A DNA stretch of 64,000 bases, from assembly GCA_031285625.1 (NCBI GenBank), contig JAITVV010000043.1, positions 1-64,000 on the forward strand, in the 5' to 3' direction. Source of the stretch: Prevotella sp. GTDB lineage: Bacteria; Bacteroidota; Bacteroidia; Bacteroidales; Dysgonomonadaceae. A program made the position numbers and the translations under genes. Each line of letters begins with the position of its first letter. The first letter of the stretch is position 1. This document shows, in pieces, positions 62,787 to 64,000 of this stretch. A model generated the notes under the pieces. That model made no database searches. It saw only the letters and a list, made by a program, of their open reading frames with translations, and had not been told where the DNA came from.

Positions 62787-64000
62787 TTAATTAATCGTAA
62801 TATCTTTAAATACAGCATTACATAATTTGTTTCCGTTATGAGACGTGACAGCCATACCGGCATATACCTTATCGGACATAAATATTATTTGAGAAGAACC
62901 GATTTGTGTCCATTGGGAATTATCTGTTGAGTAATAGGCAGTAAATAAACTACCCGACTTCTTAATTCGTACCCACACATTATTATTCTGAACCGAAGCC
63001 ACTGTAGCTGAAGTGCCCCATCCGTCTATACTTCTTCTCTGAAATGTAACCTTCGATGATGGAGTAATTGCTACCATTACATTTTTAGAATTTACATTTA
63101 GACCCGAACGAATCATAAGACCTGCTTTTGCCCAATCATTTGTATTATCCAAGCCTACGACCTTAGCTGTAATTGTCATATTTCCGGACAACTGCTGATA
63201 GGTAAAATTAAACTGATCGCTCGAACCTTCAATATCTGTTCCGGAACCAGCTATTTGATACTGCTTTAGTTCCGTATTAAACGAAGAAGTTCCAGCTATA
63301 TTAACACTTCCTACATCCAGTTTTTTCCAAGGAGCAAGCGTTGACTTGAATTTCTTAACAGTAACATCACTAAATACAGCTTTTGTTGCCTGATTTACAT
63401 CATGGGATGTAACAGCCATTCCTATATAAAATTTATCAGATATATCTACCGTCTGATCAAGACCTATTTGTATCCAGTTTTTATTATCGGTAGAGTAAAA
63501 AGCACTAAAACTATCATTCTCCTTACGAACCTTGAGCCAAACCGGAGCTTTTATATTATTTGCCAATTTAGCTGATGTGCCTCCACCATTAGTTGTTCTA
63601 TACTGAAATGAAACTCCATTTGATGGTGTCATAGCAACCATAGCATTACTTGAGTTATTTACTAAAGAAGAACGGATCATAAGTCCTGCCTTAGTCCATG
63701 CATTAATTGCGTCCACACTATTTATTTTTGCAGAGAACTCTACATCGCCTTCCAGCTCCTGATATACATAACGGAATTCATCTTTTGTGCCCTCAATATC
63801 GGCACCTGCAGCTTCGATACTGAACTGAGATGTTGTTGCATCATAACTGGATTTACTATCAACAAGGAGTTTACCTATATCGCTTCTCATCCATGGCTCC
63901 GGCCAGATATTAGCAGGATTTTCAGATGCTTTAACGCGTATCACAACAGAAGCATGAGGTCTCAAAGCAATATTAAACGATTTCATATCACCTAATTCTT
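62787..64000 (-). CDS. C-terminal part of a multidomain glycoside hydrolase-like protein with two ConA-like (DUF1349-type) repeats
   Basis: Frame open to the window edge (ELGDMKSFNIALRPHASVVIRV); two ~185-aa repeats with W..DIG..G.DI.G..D.F..YQ.L.G..W.KAGLMIR. Confidence 0.75.
   Translation of the reverse strand, partial: ELGDMKSFNIALRPHASVVIRVKASENPANIWPEPWMRSDIGKLLVDSKSSYDATTSQFSIEAAGADIEGTKDEFRYVYQELEGDVEFSAKINSVDAINAWTKAGLMIRSSLVNNSSNAMVAMTPSNGVSFQYRTTNGGGTSAKLANNIKAPVWLKVRKENDSFSAFYSTDNKNWIQIGLDQTVDISDKFYIGMAVTSHDVNQATKAVFSDVTVKKFKSTLAPWKKLDVGSVNIAGTSSFNTELKQYQIAGSGTDIEGSSDQFNFTYQQLSGNMTITAKVVGLDNTNDWAKAGLMIRSGLNVNSKNVMVAITPSSKVTFQRRSIDGWGTSATVASVQNNNVWVRIKKSGSLFTAYYSTDNSQWTQIGSSQIIFMSDKVYAGMAVTSHNGNKLCNAVFKDITIN

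Overview
AT-rich Bacteroidota chromosome segment. Many TAnnTTTG -7 promoter elements and Sus/arg/kdsA gene content point to a Bacteroidales genome, possibly Dysgonomonas-like (inference). It is mostly housekeeping and nutrient genes: an ECF sigma operon, ygiD/yceI/LysR, acyl-CoA ligase, EttA, a compact alpha-glucan PUL (susC-susD-susE-like-susB), an RND efflux triple, AsmA, PepO, GH25, the arginine operon, GH3, birA, yraN, comB and kdsA. No rRNA, tRNA or CRISPR array was seen. The most notable non-routine structures are: (1) a GxxExxY nuclease gene inserted between argG and argC, tightly bracketed by a near-perfect 32-bp inverted repeat and with no transposase; (2) a pure (CT)37/(GA)37 microsatellite in the predicted susC leader, crossed by a short ORF that ends inside a terminator-like hairpin; (3) a LacI-type palindrome at identical spacing upstream of the susC and susB promoters; (4) two dispersed intergenic repeat families with five copies each; (5) a GT4 plus tandem short-MutS block separating argC from argD; (6) an IS3 end at the left edge and two frameshifted genes. 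All family calls come from motif recognition, not database searches.
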